Of a DNA stretch of 64,000 bases, positions 1 to 7,902 are shown in pieces (positions within the stretch are counted from its first letter, which is position 1; each line of letters starts with the position of its first letter). Below the pieces are notes generated by a model. That model ran no database searches. It was not told where the DNA came from and was given only the letters and a program-made list of their open reading frames with translations. Source of the DNA: a virus (lineage: Duplodnaviria; Caudoviricetes); IMG/VR virus record IMGVR_UViG_3300023283_000173, positions 1 through 64,000 of that record; one strand, written 5' to 3'. Both the position numbers and the translations under genes were made by a program.

Positions 1-296
1 CCGACATTCTCCGACGTCAGGTCCGGCACGGACACGGTCTTGTCCAATCGTGCAATCGGAAACAGGCCGCCCTCGGTGAACGGATCGACGGCCCACCCCG
101 ACGACGAGGGCTCTGGCGTTGGCTCTGGCTCGGGGGTGGGTTCTGGCGCGGGCTCCTCCGCACTGATCAACTCGTCCACGCCGGCGCGCGTGACACCCAG
201 GTGGTCGAGCGTCGCCCGCGCCTCGTCGACCTGGTTCTCGGTCCGCGCTATGGCCCAGTCGAGCCGCTGCCTGATCTGTTTGAGAGAGAGGGTCAT
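1..296 (-). CDS. Hypothetical protein, 5' part only (runs off window); Pro/Glu/Thr linker
   Basis: Own translation: ATG at 296 after an AGGAG RBS, MTLSLKQIRQRLDWAIAR...EEPAPEPTPEPEPTPEPSS..., open to base 1. Confidence 0.65.
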   Translation of the reverse strand, partial: MTLSLKQIRQRLDWAIARTENQVDEARATLDHLGVTRAGVDELISAEEPAPEPTPEPEPTPEPSSSGWAVDPFTEGGLFPIARLDKTVSVPDLTSENV

Positions 297-334
297 GGTC
301 TATCTCCTGGTCGGTCCTACGTGACGAGTCGACC

Positions 335-634
335 TCACGTGAGTAACACCCACGCGACCGTAACGGCCGCAGGCACAGCCCACTCCACATGCTTGTTCAG
401 CTCCCCGGCTAGGAACCAACCCCTCAAGAACGACCAGCCCCGTGCCTTCTGGATCTGCGTCACCTCGCGCAGGTACAGCCCGAACACCACGGCTACTATG
501 ATAGCCAAGTCGACGGACAGTGCGACGAGACCGGTCAGTATCTCCAACAGGGCGATTGCGGCCAGCGTGTGGAGTAATATGTCGCGGACCTGTTCCGGTA
601 TGGCGGTCCACAGTCTGTCTAGGCGTCCCAACAT
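335..634 (-). CDS. Small multi-TM membrane protein
   Basis: 99 aa with 2-3 hydrophobic segments; RBS upstream. Confidence 0.65.
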   Translation of the reverse strand: MLGRLDRLWTAIPEQVRDILLHTLAAIALLEILTGLVALSVDLAIIVAVVFGLYLREVTQIQKARGWSFLRGWFLAGELNKHVEWAVPAAVTVAWVLLT

Positions 635-706
635 GTCGTCCTCCTTCTGCGTCCTCTCAATACAACCCTATCACACCCGCGCAGACTACGCACTCATAGA
701 GAGACC

Positions 707-1240
707 TTATGAGTCTCTCGTGTACCGAGGCAGACTCTCGGAGTAGAACCTCGAGGGCGAGGTCTCTCTCGGGACCGCCCGCGGGAACCTCGGACTCCCG
801 TCACCATTCTGGCCTATACACCACAGTCGTACCCCGTGTCTCTCTGCCGTCTCGGCCACGGACCTGGCCCTACCTGGCCTGATCCTCTCGGCGTTCTTCC
901 CCCAGGCCACCAGTACGTCGTCGACGCGGGAGAACATGTAGCTCAGGGCGACGTCGTTACCCGATCCGACCGGATCGTCAAGCCCGACCAGTCCGTCTGG
1001 GTAGGTGCCCCTGTAGGCAAACAGATTACAGGGCCACCACCCACCGTAACCCCACCTGTCCGCGAAGCCCATCATGACCCGCGTCGTGGGGTCGTCCCTC
1101 ACGGCATCCGCCGTACTCGGGTTCAGGAGTATACCACCGAGAACGGGGCGGTCCCACGACCAGCGCCGGTACAGATGGTACCTGTACAGCCCGCAGTCCG
1201 AGAAGGTAGCCCTGCGCACGACGTATGCAGTCAACTGCAC
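707..1240 (-). CDS. DUF1643-family protein
   Basis: YRYxLxRxW, LNPSTAD..DDPT and NLFAYR motifs. Confidence 0.85.
   Translation of the reverse strand: MQLTAYVVRRATFSDCGLYRYHLYRRWSWDRPVLGGILLNPSTADAVRDDPTTRVMMGFADRWGYGGWWPCNLFAYRGTYPDGLVGLDDPVGSGNDVALSYMFSRVDDVLVAWGKNAERIRPGRARSVAETAERHGVRLWCIGQNGDGSPRFPRAVPRETSPSRFYSESLPRYTRDS
1226..1239. repeat. Dispersed 14-bp near-palindrome TGCAGTCAACTGCA, copy 1
   Basis: Exact copy overlapping the DUF1643 start. Confidence 0.9.
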
Positions 1241-1243
1241 CGC

Positions 1244-1462
1244 CTACGCCCTGTAGAGACCCTCAAGGGTCCCATCACTACTCTCCTGGTCGCCTAGATA
1301 GTGTCTGTACAACGGCCCCTCGTCGCACGGTACGAACAACTCTCCCCTCTCATCCTTCTAAACCGTCTTCGGACCTGCCTCCATGCATGCGAAGCCCATG
1401 TCGGCCACCAGCACATCACCCTCTCGTACGTCCTCTAACCTCACGACAGACCCGTTGACCAC
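1244..1462 (-). pseudogene. 72-codon small gene interrupted by an in-frame TAG at 1358-1360
   Basis: GTG after an RBS; MVNGSVVRLEDVREGDVLVADMGFACMEAGPKTV*KDERGELFVPCDEG...GLYRA*; fills the gap between two genes. Confidence 0.55.
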
Positions 1463-1473
1463 GATCTCTCTCC

Positions 1474-2181
1474 TCAGTGTCTCAGGAAGGTCACCTCGTC
1501 AGTCGAGTTCCAGCAGAACCCACAGGTCGCGCAGCACTCGGTTCCGCCCGTCTGCGCGGGACACACGACACCCCCGGCCTCCTGGACCGTATCCACCACA
1601 GTAGCCCCGTACGCTCCCTGGACGCCAGAGAAGCGTAGAACGCAGCGACCTTCATGCAGGGTGTTAAGCTTGACCACCTCGCGCCCTATCGGACTCCCGG
1701 GCTCCCACGCGGTGTACCCGAACACCCTCAGACCCGGATTCATGTCGAGGAGTAGGCCCCAGTGCACGACGTACTCCGGCGCGTAGAAGTCTCCCAGGAC
1801 GTGAAGCCTCACGACGACCCCTCCGTACCGACCGCACAGCTCAGACACCTCGTACTCGAGTTGCTCCTCTAGGTCTGGGCCGTGTCGATAGCGATGTGCC
1901 CAATGCATCTTGTTGCCGTAGCAGTCGAGCCACAGAGCACAACTACGCGGACAGGTCGCGCGTTCCTCGAGCGTCAGCGTGTATATCCTGAGTCCCTTCC
2001 AGGGTCCCTTCCGAACGACCGATCCAATCTTCTTGGAGTTGAAGCCTCTTTTAAGTACTCGTCCGTCGGGTTCCCGCACAGTGGCCGGGTAGCGCGTCGT
2101 ACCCGCAACCGCCGCAGGATGACACGGAGACAGAGACCAGGTCGCGCTGTCGAGCGTCTCCTCGTGACGGCGCAGGCGCAC
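1474..2181 (-). CDS. Gp88-like Cys-rich phage protein (possible Fe-S)
   Basis: TLEERATCPRSCALWLDCYG, RLHVLGDFY and terminal CPAQ...CCATCGFCW. Confidence 0.65.
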   Translation of the reverse strand: MRLRRHEETLDSATWSLSPCHPAAVAGTTRYPATVREPDGRVLKRGFNSKKIGSVVRKGPWKGLRIYTLTLEERATCPRSCALWLDCYGNKMHWAHRYRHGPDLEEQLEYEVSELCGRYGGVVVRLHVLGDFYAPEYVVHWGLLLDMNPGLRVFGYTAWEPGSPIGREVVKLNTLHEGRCVLRFSGVQGAYGATVVDTVQEAGGVVCPAQTGGTECCATCGFCWNSTDEVTFLRH

Positions 2182-2510
2182 TACAGCCCCCTCACACGCG
2201 CCGTGATATATTTACGAGCATAGTACTCGACCACCTCGCTCACGGCCTTCATGAGGCGACCCAGACCGTCCCTCCTCCGGAATACCAACTGACCGTCACC
2301 CGCGTAGACCACGGCCACGCACAGCACCTCGTTGAACATGACCGACACCCTCTGCCTCTCGTGTCTGATCTCCGAGGCATCGTTGGAAATCGACCACCTC
2401 CAGGGTCGCGCCGACATAGACGCCACCAGGTAGTCGAGGCACTCGTCCTTCGAGAGCAGTTGCTCGTCCATCACACGAACATTATCCTCATTGAAGGTAC
2501 CTGTCCACAC
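2181..2510 (-). CDS. Hypothetical protein
   Basis: 109-aa ORF abutting both neighbours. Confidence 0.6.
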   Translation of the reverse strand: MWTGTFNEDNVRVMDEQLLSKDECLDYLVASMSARPWRWSISNDASEIRHERQRVSVMFNEVLCVAVVYAGDGQLVFRRRDGLGRLMKAVSEVVEYYARKYITARVRGL

Positions 2511-2526
2511 TCCTCAACACAGTGGA

Positions 2527-2913
2527 CTACCTGACGAGCTCAACACCGAGTCGTACGGCTGCCAGGTCCAGCGCCCTGTCCGCGGTGGTGACTGCACCCA
2601 GTGCCCGCGCCGCCTCTGCGTACACGCTCAGGGGGTAATGGGCCTCGAAGTAGAGGTCGCGCTCGACGCCGAGACCCATAGCGCCCCTGCCGCCCGCCAG
2701 CTCGATGAGAGACACGCTACCCATCTCCGGGAAGCCGAAACCCAGGTCGCACAAACCGAAGGCTACGCTCGTGTCCCTCGGGTCTACCATCGAGAGCAGC
2801 CAGGTCGCGCCCGACCCAGGCATGAACAACTTCACCACGGGCGAGTGGTCGACGTCGGGGCGACGCCCGTTCTCGACTAACCGATCTCTCTGGGAGTCCG
2901 TCATCAGTCTCAT
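2527..2913 (-). CDS. DUF2958-family protein
   Basis: PVVKLFxP..ATWLL, AFGLCDLGxGxPExGxVSL, VERDLYF. Confidence 0.85.
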   Translation of the reverse strand: MRLMTDSQRDRLVENGRRPDVDHSPVVKLFMPGSGATWLLSMVDPRDTSVAFGLCDLGFGFPEMGSVSLIELAGGRGAMGLGVERDLYFEAHYPLSVYAEAARALGAVTTADRALDLAAVRLGVELVR

Positions 2914-3296
2914 GTCTGTCCCTCCTCGTAGGAATACGTCCGGTGCGGTAGAGCTTGCACTTCGGTCTTCAGGTCGGTCACATGTCCGAGCGTCACGAGC
3001 AGGACCGCGAACTCCTCCTCGCTGTAGTCAGGCTCGTCCTTCACGACCGTACGCAGAGCCTCCTTCCAGGCGTCCCTCGGGCCGTCCGCCCAGACCCAGG
3101 CCAGATACGTCTTCAGCTCCGTCGGGTCGGGATACATCAACAGTACGCTGTAGGGTCTCACAGGTCGCTCTCCTCTCTCGATCTTCTCCTCGTCGGGTCT
3201 CTCGTCGAGGTCGACCAGCTTCGTCGCGACCTCGCTCCCGCAGTTCGAACACCTGTACACGAAGTTGGTGCGCACCTCTCCCGGACCCGCGTTCAT
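2910..3296 (-). CDS. Hypothetical protein with N-terminal CxxC
   Basis: Start placed at the ATG overlapping the upstream stop (ATGA). Confidence 0.6.
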   Translation of the reverse strand: MNAGPGEVRTNFVYRCSNCGSEVATKLVDLDERPDEEKIERGERPVRPYSVLLMYPDPTELKTYLAWVWADGPRDAWKEALRTVVKDEPDYSEEEFAVLLVTLGHVTDLKTEVQALPHRTYSYEEGQT

Positions 3297-3598
3297 GCCC
3301 CTCCTCCGCGTCTCACGATTCGTCGCTCGTACCCGAGACCTCGCAGGACGAAGTCGAGCGTCACATTCTGGGGCCGTCGCGTCGCGCCGTTTATCCATCG
3401 TCTCAGCGTCGTCGTCGACACCCCTCCAGACTTCCTCGAGATGGCCTCTAGAGACATGCCGGACTCCTCGATCAAGGCCACAACCTCGTCACGTACCGGG
3501 TCGTGCTCCAGCCACCTGTAGGCCGACACGCTCTTCAGGTCGGCCCGTTCGTAGCGACCCCCACCGAGTGCGGTCGGCCTCTGCGTCTTCGTTCTCAT
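3293..3598 (-). CDS. XRE/Cro-CI-type helix-turn-helix regulator
   Basis: MSLEAISRKSGGVSTTTLRRWINGATRRP HTH pattern; CCAAGGAGGG leader. Confidence 0.8.
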   Translation of the reverse strand: MRTKTQRPTALGGGRYERADLKSVSAYRWLEHDPVRDEVVALIEESGMSLEAISRKSGGVSTTTLRRWINGATRRPQNVTLDFVLRGLGYERRIVRRGGGA

Positions 3599-3694
3599 GT
3601 CTCACCCTCCTTGGTGACGTGTAATGGTAGGTCCGTGTGTCGTATCGTAGTCCAGTCCTTCGGGTTAATGTTGTAGACGTACTAGACGGAGACC

Positions 3695-3708
3695 TGCAGT
3701 CAACTGCA
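3695..3708. repeat. 14-bp near-palindrome, copy 2
   Basis: Exact copy, intergenic upstream of the XRE gene. Confidence 0.9.
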
Positions 3709-3725
3709 CGCCTCCGTCGACACCT

Positions 3726-4061
3726 CTACTCCTTCCCGATCTCGAGACAGGCCATGTATACGCTGGCGGAGAAGTTCTCCACCTCGCGCGCCTTGTTTCT
3801 CTCCGTCGCGTAGCGAGGGCGATTATAGGCGTCCTGAACGATGGCGATACTCATCCTCGTTAATGCGTCGTTCGCGTCTGCCGACCTGAACACCTCGACG
3901 AGCTTGGACGGCGACGCGCCGTTCTGCCGCGCCCGCATGATATCCGCAGCCAGCTTCTCGTAGGAGGCACAGGCGAGTTGCTTCTCCTCGTCGTCCTGCG
4001 CCGATACCGACGACCCCATCGCCAGAACCGCGGCGACGATTACCAGTGTCACGTACCTCAT
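3726..4061 (-). CDS. Exported protein with signal peptide
   Basis: MRYVTLVIVAAVLAMGSSVSA-Q signal peptide; RBS. Confidence 0.7.
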   Translation of the reverse strand: MRYVTLVIVAAVLAMGSSVSAQDDEEKQLACASYEKLAADIMRARQNGASPSKLVEVFRSADANDALTRMSIAIVQDAYNRPRYATERNKAREVENFSASVYMACLEIGKE

Positions 4062-4065
4062 GTCG

Positions 4066-4446
4066 TCACTCCTCACATGTGACGAGGCCTGCCCGCTCAG
4101 CCTCGTCGTTGTAGACAGCTCCCTCGAAGTCGCAGGCCGGGAGCGCGAGTCCCTCGGAGACCAACGCGGCCCCGAGGTCAGTCGTCTCGACGACGTCGCA
4201 CCGCGCCACCACGCGGCCCCACGACGCGCCCTTCACGTCACACCGTACAGTCTTCTCGAGGACCAGGTCTTCCGTCGCCCTGGTCGCCTCGTCGAAGCCG
4301 CGACTACCTCTCTCCGGCGTGTTGACGGCCCACAGACGCACCCGTACCTCGTCCCCGGCGGGGGTGATCACGTCGAGTGTGTCTCCGTCGACCACGTTCG
4401 TCACCGTGCCGATCAGGCAGCACGCTGCCAGTACCTCACCGATCAT
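4066..4446 (-). CDS. Thermonuclease (staphylococcal nuclease-like)
   Basis: VVDGDTL, RVRLxAVNTPE and WGRVVA motifs. Confidence 0.85.
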   Translation of the reverse strand: MIGEVLAACCLIGTVTNVVDGDTLDVITPAGDEVRVRLWAVNTPERGSRGFDEATRATEDLVLEKTVRCDVKGASWGRVVARCDVVETTDLGAALVSEGLALPACDFEGAVYNDEAERAGLVTCEE

Positions 4447-4774
4447 CGCTCATCCTCCTCGAGAGTGCGGCACGGACCATAACTCGTACCGACTCCGCCA
4501 GTTGCCGCAGGGACAGGTCGACCTGGAATTCTCCGGCGTACCGCTCGATGTCACACAGACTCCTGCGGAGGGTCCGCACCTCCTCCCTCAGACCGTCTAC
4601 GAGGTCCTCGCGCACGTACTTGACGTCGCTGTCAAAGATGCGGTGCCAGCACCACGTGACCTCGCTCGCTACGACGTCTACGGGCCGGTCGTCCAGGCCG
4701 GGGTCGTCTTCGCCGTATAATTGCAGCCACACTTCGTCCGGTGCACCTCTCTCGTCGGTCTCGATCTCGTCCAC
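4436..4774 (-). CDS. Hypothetical acidic protein
   Basis: 112-aa ORF, GTG after GGAGGG. Confidence 0.6.
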   Translation of the reverse strand: MDEIETDERGAPDEVWLQLYGEDDPGLDDRPVDVVASEVTWCWHRIFDSDVKYVREDLVDGLREEVRTLRRSLCDIERYAGEFQVDLSLRQLAESVRVMVRAALSRRMSDDR

Positions 4775-4802
4775 GGTAACACCCTCCTATACGATCTAAA
4801 CA

Positions 4803-4928
4803 CTCTAGACGAATACACTCGCATATTACGGTACTCTCTGGATTGTCGGTTCGTTCAAAACCAACGGTACTCTCTTATCTTTCGACTCGCTTCCGGCTTA
4901 CGGTACCCTCATGGAGCGTGGCTCACTC
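4803..4928 (-). ncRNA. TIGR-like dual-repeat guide array (about 3.5 units of 36 nt)
   Basis: Minus strand: GAGTGAGCCA cgctccat GAGGGTACCG taagccgg AAGCGAGTCG aaagataa GAGAGTACCG ttggtttt GAACGAACCG acaatcca GAGAGTACCG taatatgc GAGTGTATTC gtctagag; directly after a Nop/IS110-like gene. Confidence 0.8.
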
Positions 4929-5747
4929 CGGCGGCGCGATGTAGTGCGCGTGACCGAGTAACTCGACCGCGAACGGCTTCGGAGGCTCCTTGCCGAGGTA
5001 CTCCCTGTACATCACCTCGTGTAGGTGAGACAGGTAGATCTTCGTCGCCCAGCGCATCGCCCGCAGGTCCAGTCTGCCCGGTGGTAGTCTCCCGGCCTCG
5101 TAGCACCTGCGCGTAGCAACGTCTCTGATATCGCGCGTCTCAAGGGTCTCCCTGGCCGTCGCGGCGTTACCCCCGGACTCATCACGCTCCACCTCGTACC
5201 GCTTCCGCTCCACGTACAGTCGACCGTAGAAGCAGCCGTCCCTGTTGTGGTTCTTCTTGAAGCTGTCACCGATCTTCCAGCAGACTACCTTGAGGTCAGC
5301 GTTCCACGGCCTCCTCTTACCCCTACCCCACACGGATGTCGGGTCGAGTCCCGCGAACCTCCACACGGCCCCGGCCGTGGCAGCACGGTTCACGTCTATG
5401 TGCGCGAGCGTACCCGCGGCGAGTACAGGTCCGATCCCGACCTGCCGGAGCTGCCACCTGCCGACGGGGTCGTCGGCCACCCAGGCATGCAGGAAGTGCC
5501 TTATGGACCGCTCGACGACCCCAGCCTGCTCAACCATGTACTCGGCCAGTGGGTTGCCCCCCTCGCTGCTGCGGGCCTGGTTCGCGGCCATCTTCCGTAT
5601 GTCCTGTAGCTGGTAGTATTGCTTGACCGCGGCCCTCACGTCGCCGTGGTTCAGCTCCATCGACTCCATCAGTGCCCTCGCAGCCCTCGGCGTCAGGCGT
5701 CTCACGTCCTCGAGCGCGTCGTCAGGCTCTACGCGTGTCTTATTCAT
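4923..5747 (-). CDS. tasA: TasA-like Nop/IS110-type RNA-binding protein, no nuclease domain
   Basis: Helical N-terminus, then GIGPVLAAG..HIDV..ATAGAVWRFAGLDP (Transposase_20/Nop-like) and RAMRWATKIYLSHL; no DEDD RuvC or HNH; adjacent 36-nt array. Confidence 0.75.
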   Translation of the reverse strand: MNKTRVEPDDALEDVRRLTPRAARALMESMELNHGDVRAAVKQYYQLQDIRKMAANQARSSEGGNPLAEYMVEQAGVVERSIRHFLHAWVADDPVGRWQLRQVGIGPVLAAGTLAHIDVNRAATAGAVWRFAGLDPTSVWGRGKRRPWNADLKVVCWKIGDSFKKNHNRDGCFYGRLYVERKRYEVERDESGGNAATARETLETRDIRDVATRRCYEAGRLPPGRLDLRAMRWATKIYLSHLHEVMYREYLGKEPPKPFAVELLGHAHYIAPPE

Positions 5748-5971
5748 ACGTCGTCCTCCCTCTCGAAGTCGGACAGTCTACCGACGTAGTCGCAGGCCTC
5801 GCTGCTACAGATCGCCGCGGCGTCCGTACGTAGCTGGTCAGCGTTCTCCACGCCGTACGTCTCATCCACGGGCTCGAGCCGGCCGTCCGAGGTGAGCCTC
5901 ATAACGACCGGCACCTCGCACCGCATGTCCGTGTCGCCGCATCGGGGGCACTCATACCTGATCCCTTCCAT
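5744..5971 (-). CDS. Small putative Zn-binding protein
   Basis: CPRC ... CSSEAC; stop overlaps the Tas start. Confidence 0.6.
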   Translation of the reverse strand: MEGIRYECPRCGDTDMRCEVPVVMRLTSDGRLEPVDETYGVENADQLRTDAAAICSSEACDYVGRLSDFEREDDV

Positions 5972-5980
5972 CTCGACCTC

Positions 5981-6151
5981 CTAGATCTTGGACCTCAGTT
6001 CCTGCAGGTCGGACACCATGTCGTCGACGTACGTGCGGACCTTGAATGACCTGACGGGGTCGTTAGATGTGGTCACCAGAAGTCCCTTAAGACGCGTAGA
6101 GGTCTCGTTGGAGACCTGTTCCAGAGTGTTTATGAGTGTAGGTAGTTCCAT
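5981..6151 (-). CDS. 56-aa hypothetical protein
   Basis: Own translation MELPTLINTLEQ...LRSKI*; CCAAGGAGGG leader. Confidence 0.6.
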   Translation of the reverse strand: MELPTLINTLEQVSNETSTRLKGLLVTTSNDPVRSFKVRTYVDDMVSDLQELRSKI

Positions 6152-6181
6152 GTGACCCTCCTTGGTCTTTTGACTGTATCT

Positions 6182-6210
6182 AATCTAGCACTAGATACGG
6201 CCAGAGACAA
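6182..6210 (-). promoter_or_regulatory. Sigma70-like promoter for the Tas operon
   Basis: TTGTCT-17-TAGATT in an AT-rich gap. Confidence 0.55.
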
Positions 6211-6228
6211 TATTTATTGTCTTGTACC

Positions 6229-6609
6229 TCACGCCCTCTGATACGCCTCGATCGCCGCTTCGACGACGAGTTGATTCGTGTACACCCTCTTACCCTCGCG
6301 TCCGGAGTTCGGGTCCCACGACCTCTCGCCGTCCCAGTACACCGCGTGCGTAGCCGGACGCTCGCCACAGGCGTTCAGACTCGGCACAGTGACTACGGCC
6401 GGCCTGTCCCAGTCTATCCGCGATCCGTCCACGAACTCGACGTCAACCCTGTAAAGCGAGGCTATCGCCCGCTCTCGATCGTTTGTCAGCCCGGCCCACA
6501 CGAGCTCGTAACCGGCACAGTGCTTGGCAACGTCCTCGTACTCCAGACCCAGGAACATGGCCAGGCAGCACACCGCGCAGTCCGCGTCGAACCTCTGTCG
6601 CATCAGCAT
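6229..6609 (-). CDS. Peptidase C39-like (papain-fold) protein
   Basis: QRFDADCAVCCLAM ... HAVYWDG..WDP (Q/C/H/D). Confidence 0.65.
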   Translation of the reverse strand: MLMRQRFDADCAVCCLAMFLGLEYEDVAKHCAGYELVWAGLTNDRERAIASLYRVDVEFVDGSRIDWDRPAVVTVPSLNACGERPATHAVYWDGERSWDPNSGREGKRVYTNQLVVEAAIEAYQRA

Positions 6610-6611
6610 GA

Positions 6612-6848
6612 TCACCTCGCCCTCCTGTACCGTCTCGGCTCTCCGTCCTTCGGGAGCGCCAGGCGCGAGCCGTCCGCGAGTGCCACCCCCAACACAGACC
6701 GCGTCACCGAGCACACCGTGGCCGGTACCCACACCCTCCGGGTCTCCACGAGTGCGTCGCCGCGGGCGTGTTTGCTGCGGGTCGGGAACGCATGCTCAAT
6801 GCGCAGTACATCGACAGGGTCACCCATCCTCAACTTTTCGTCGGTCAT
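6612..6848 (-). CDS. Hypothetical protein
   Basis: ORF in gene series. Confidence 0.5.
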   Translation of the reverse strand: MTDEKLRMGDPVDVLRIEHAFPTRSKHARGDALVETRRVWVPATVCSVTRSVLGVALADGSRLALPKDGEPRRYRRAR

Positions 6849-6853
6849 CGACC

Positions 6854-7132
6854 TCATTCCTCTCTGTCAGTGCAGTCAACTGCACGCCTCCGCCTCGAGC
6901 TCAGCACCGCGTTTATCGCCTCCCAGCCCCCCACACCGACCACGAGGACCCAGAACAACGCTGATAGCATGGCGAGAAGCCCCACACTGGTCATCAGGTA
7001 CGCTAGCGCCGTCATGACGCCCCACATACCGGCAGATAACCCGAGGACCCACGCGAGAGCCCTGCGGACAGGCAGCTCCCTAGCCTCCTGTACGTGAGGT
7101 GTGTCGTCGGACACGATCCTGTGTCTGGTCAT
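6854..7132 (-). CDS. Two-TM membrane protein
   Basis: Hydrophobic hairpin; start MTRHRIV. Confidence 0.55.
   Translation of the reverse strand: MTRHRIVSDDTPHVQEARELPVRRALAWVLGLSAGMWGVMTALAYLMTSVGLLAMLSALFWVLVVGVGGWEAINAVLSSRRRRAVDCTDREE
6871..6884. repeat. 14-bp near-palindrome, copy 3
   Basis: Exact copy at a gene 3' end. Confidence 0.9.
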
Positions 7133-7454
7133 CTTCCTTCTTCTCGTCTGTCGAGAGCGGGAACAGGCCCTCAGCAGTAGGCGCAGACCCACGGTTCAAG
7201 CGAACGACGTCGTCGACGGTACCAGCGTTCGCTCCAGGCTCGGCACCTACCCCTTTCCTAGCTCTCGCCTTCGTACTCGGGTTAGCGGTCCAAACGGTGT
7301 CTCATCACCTCCCGCGGCCGCCGTCGACGCCCTACACTTCCCGCCCGCTCTCGGGTGGACTGTACAGGTCGCCATCGCTTCCACTGTCTAAAGGCCCAGC
7401 TACTTCACGACGCATGTTAGTTTAATCGCCTATACAGCCCACCGGAAAGCGGCA

Positions 7455-7892
7455 CTAGATCCCCGCTCCACGCAGGTCTTCGAGCAGCGCATACATCTTG
7501 GTCCACCAAGCGTCTCGATTTTTGCGGTAATCAACCACCGATCTATCGAGATACTGATATTCGTCATCAACCAAATACAAGCACCGCGCCGCTCGTAGTA
7601 CATTGCCAGTACGCAACGAATCGAGGGCCTTCACTTTAGAAAAGTCAGATCTATCGACTGCGTCAAGCCTACGTTTGCCCAAGCCAACGGCCACTACCGC
7701 GCCGCCTACGCAGACGGTACAGGTATCGCCACGCTGTCTGAGATACCATGACATATCTACATCGAAACCAGGTGTCTCTTCCACGAAACGCAGGTCGAGC
7801 AAGGCGACTTCTAAGAGTTCGTGAAGACTGTCCGGAAGCTGATCGAGATGGCCCGGGAAGATTTTGGGCTCAGTTTGGGGGTCAAAAGGCAT
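7455..7892 (-). CDS. Hypothetical protein, DM..CxxC family (paralog of 13744..14253)
   Basis: GFDVDMSWY...TCTVCVGGA. Confidence 0.65.
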   Translation of the reverse strand: MPFDPQTEPKIFPGHLDQLPDSLHELLEVALLDLRFVEETPGFDVDMSWYLRQRGDTCTVCVGGAVVAVGLGKRRLDAVDRSDFSKVKALDSLRTGNVLRAARCLYLVDDEYQYLDRSVVDYRKNRDAWWTKMYALLEDLRGAGI

Positions 7893-7902
7893 CGGTCATC
7901 TC

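Noticed and set aside
4803-4928. CRISPR array
   Set aside because: Repeats of about 10 nt and spacers of about 8 nt are far too short, two repeat classes alternate, and there is no cas operon
4923-5747. Intact IS110 insertion sequence or bridge recombinase
   Set aside because: No N-terminal DEDD RuvC domain, no SG catalytic loop after GLxP, no IS ends; the gene is translationally coupled within a phage operon
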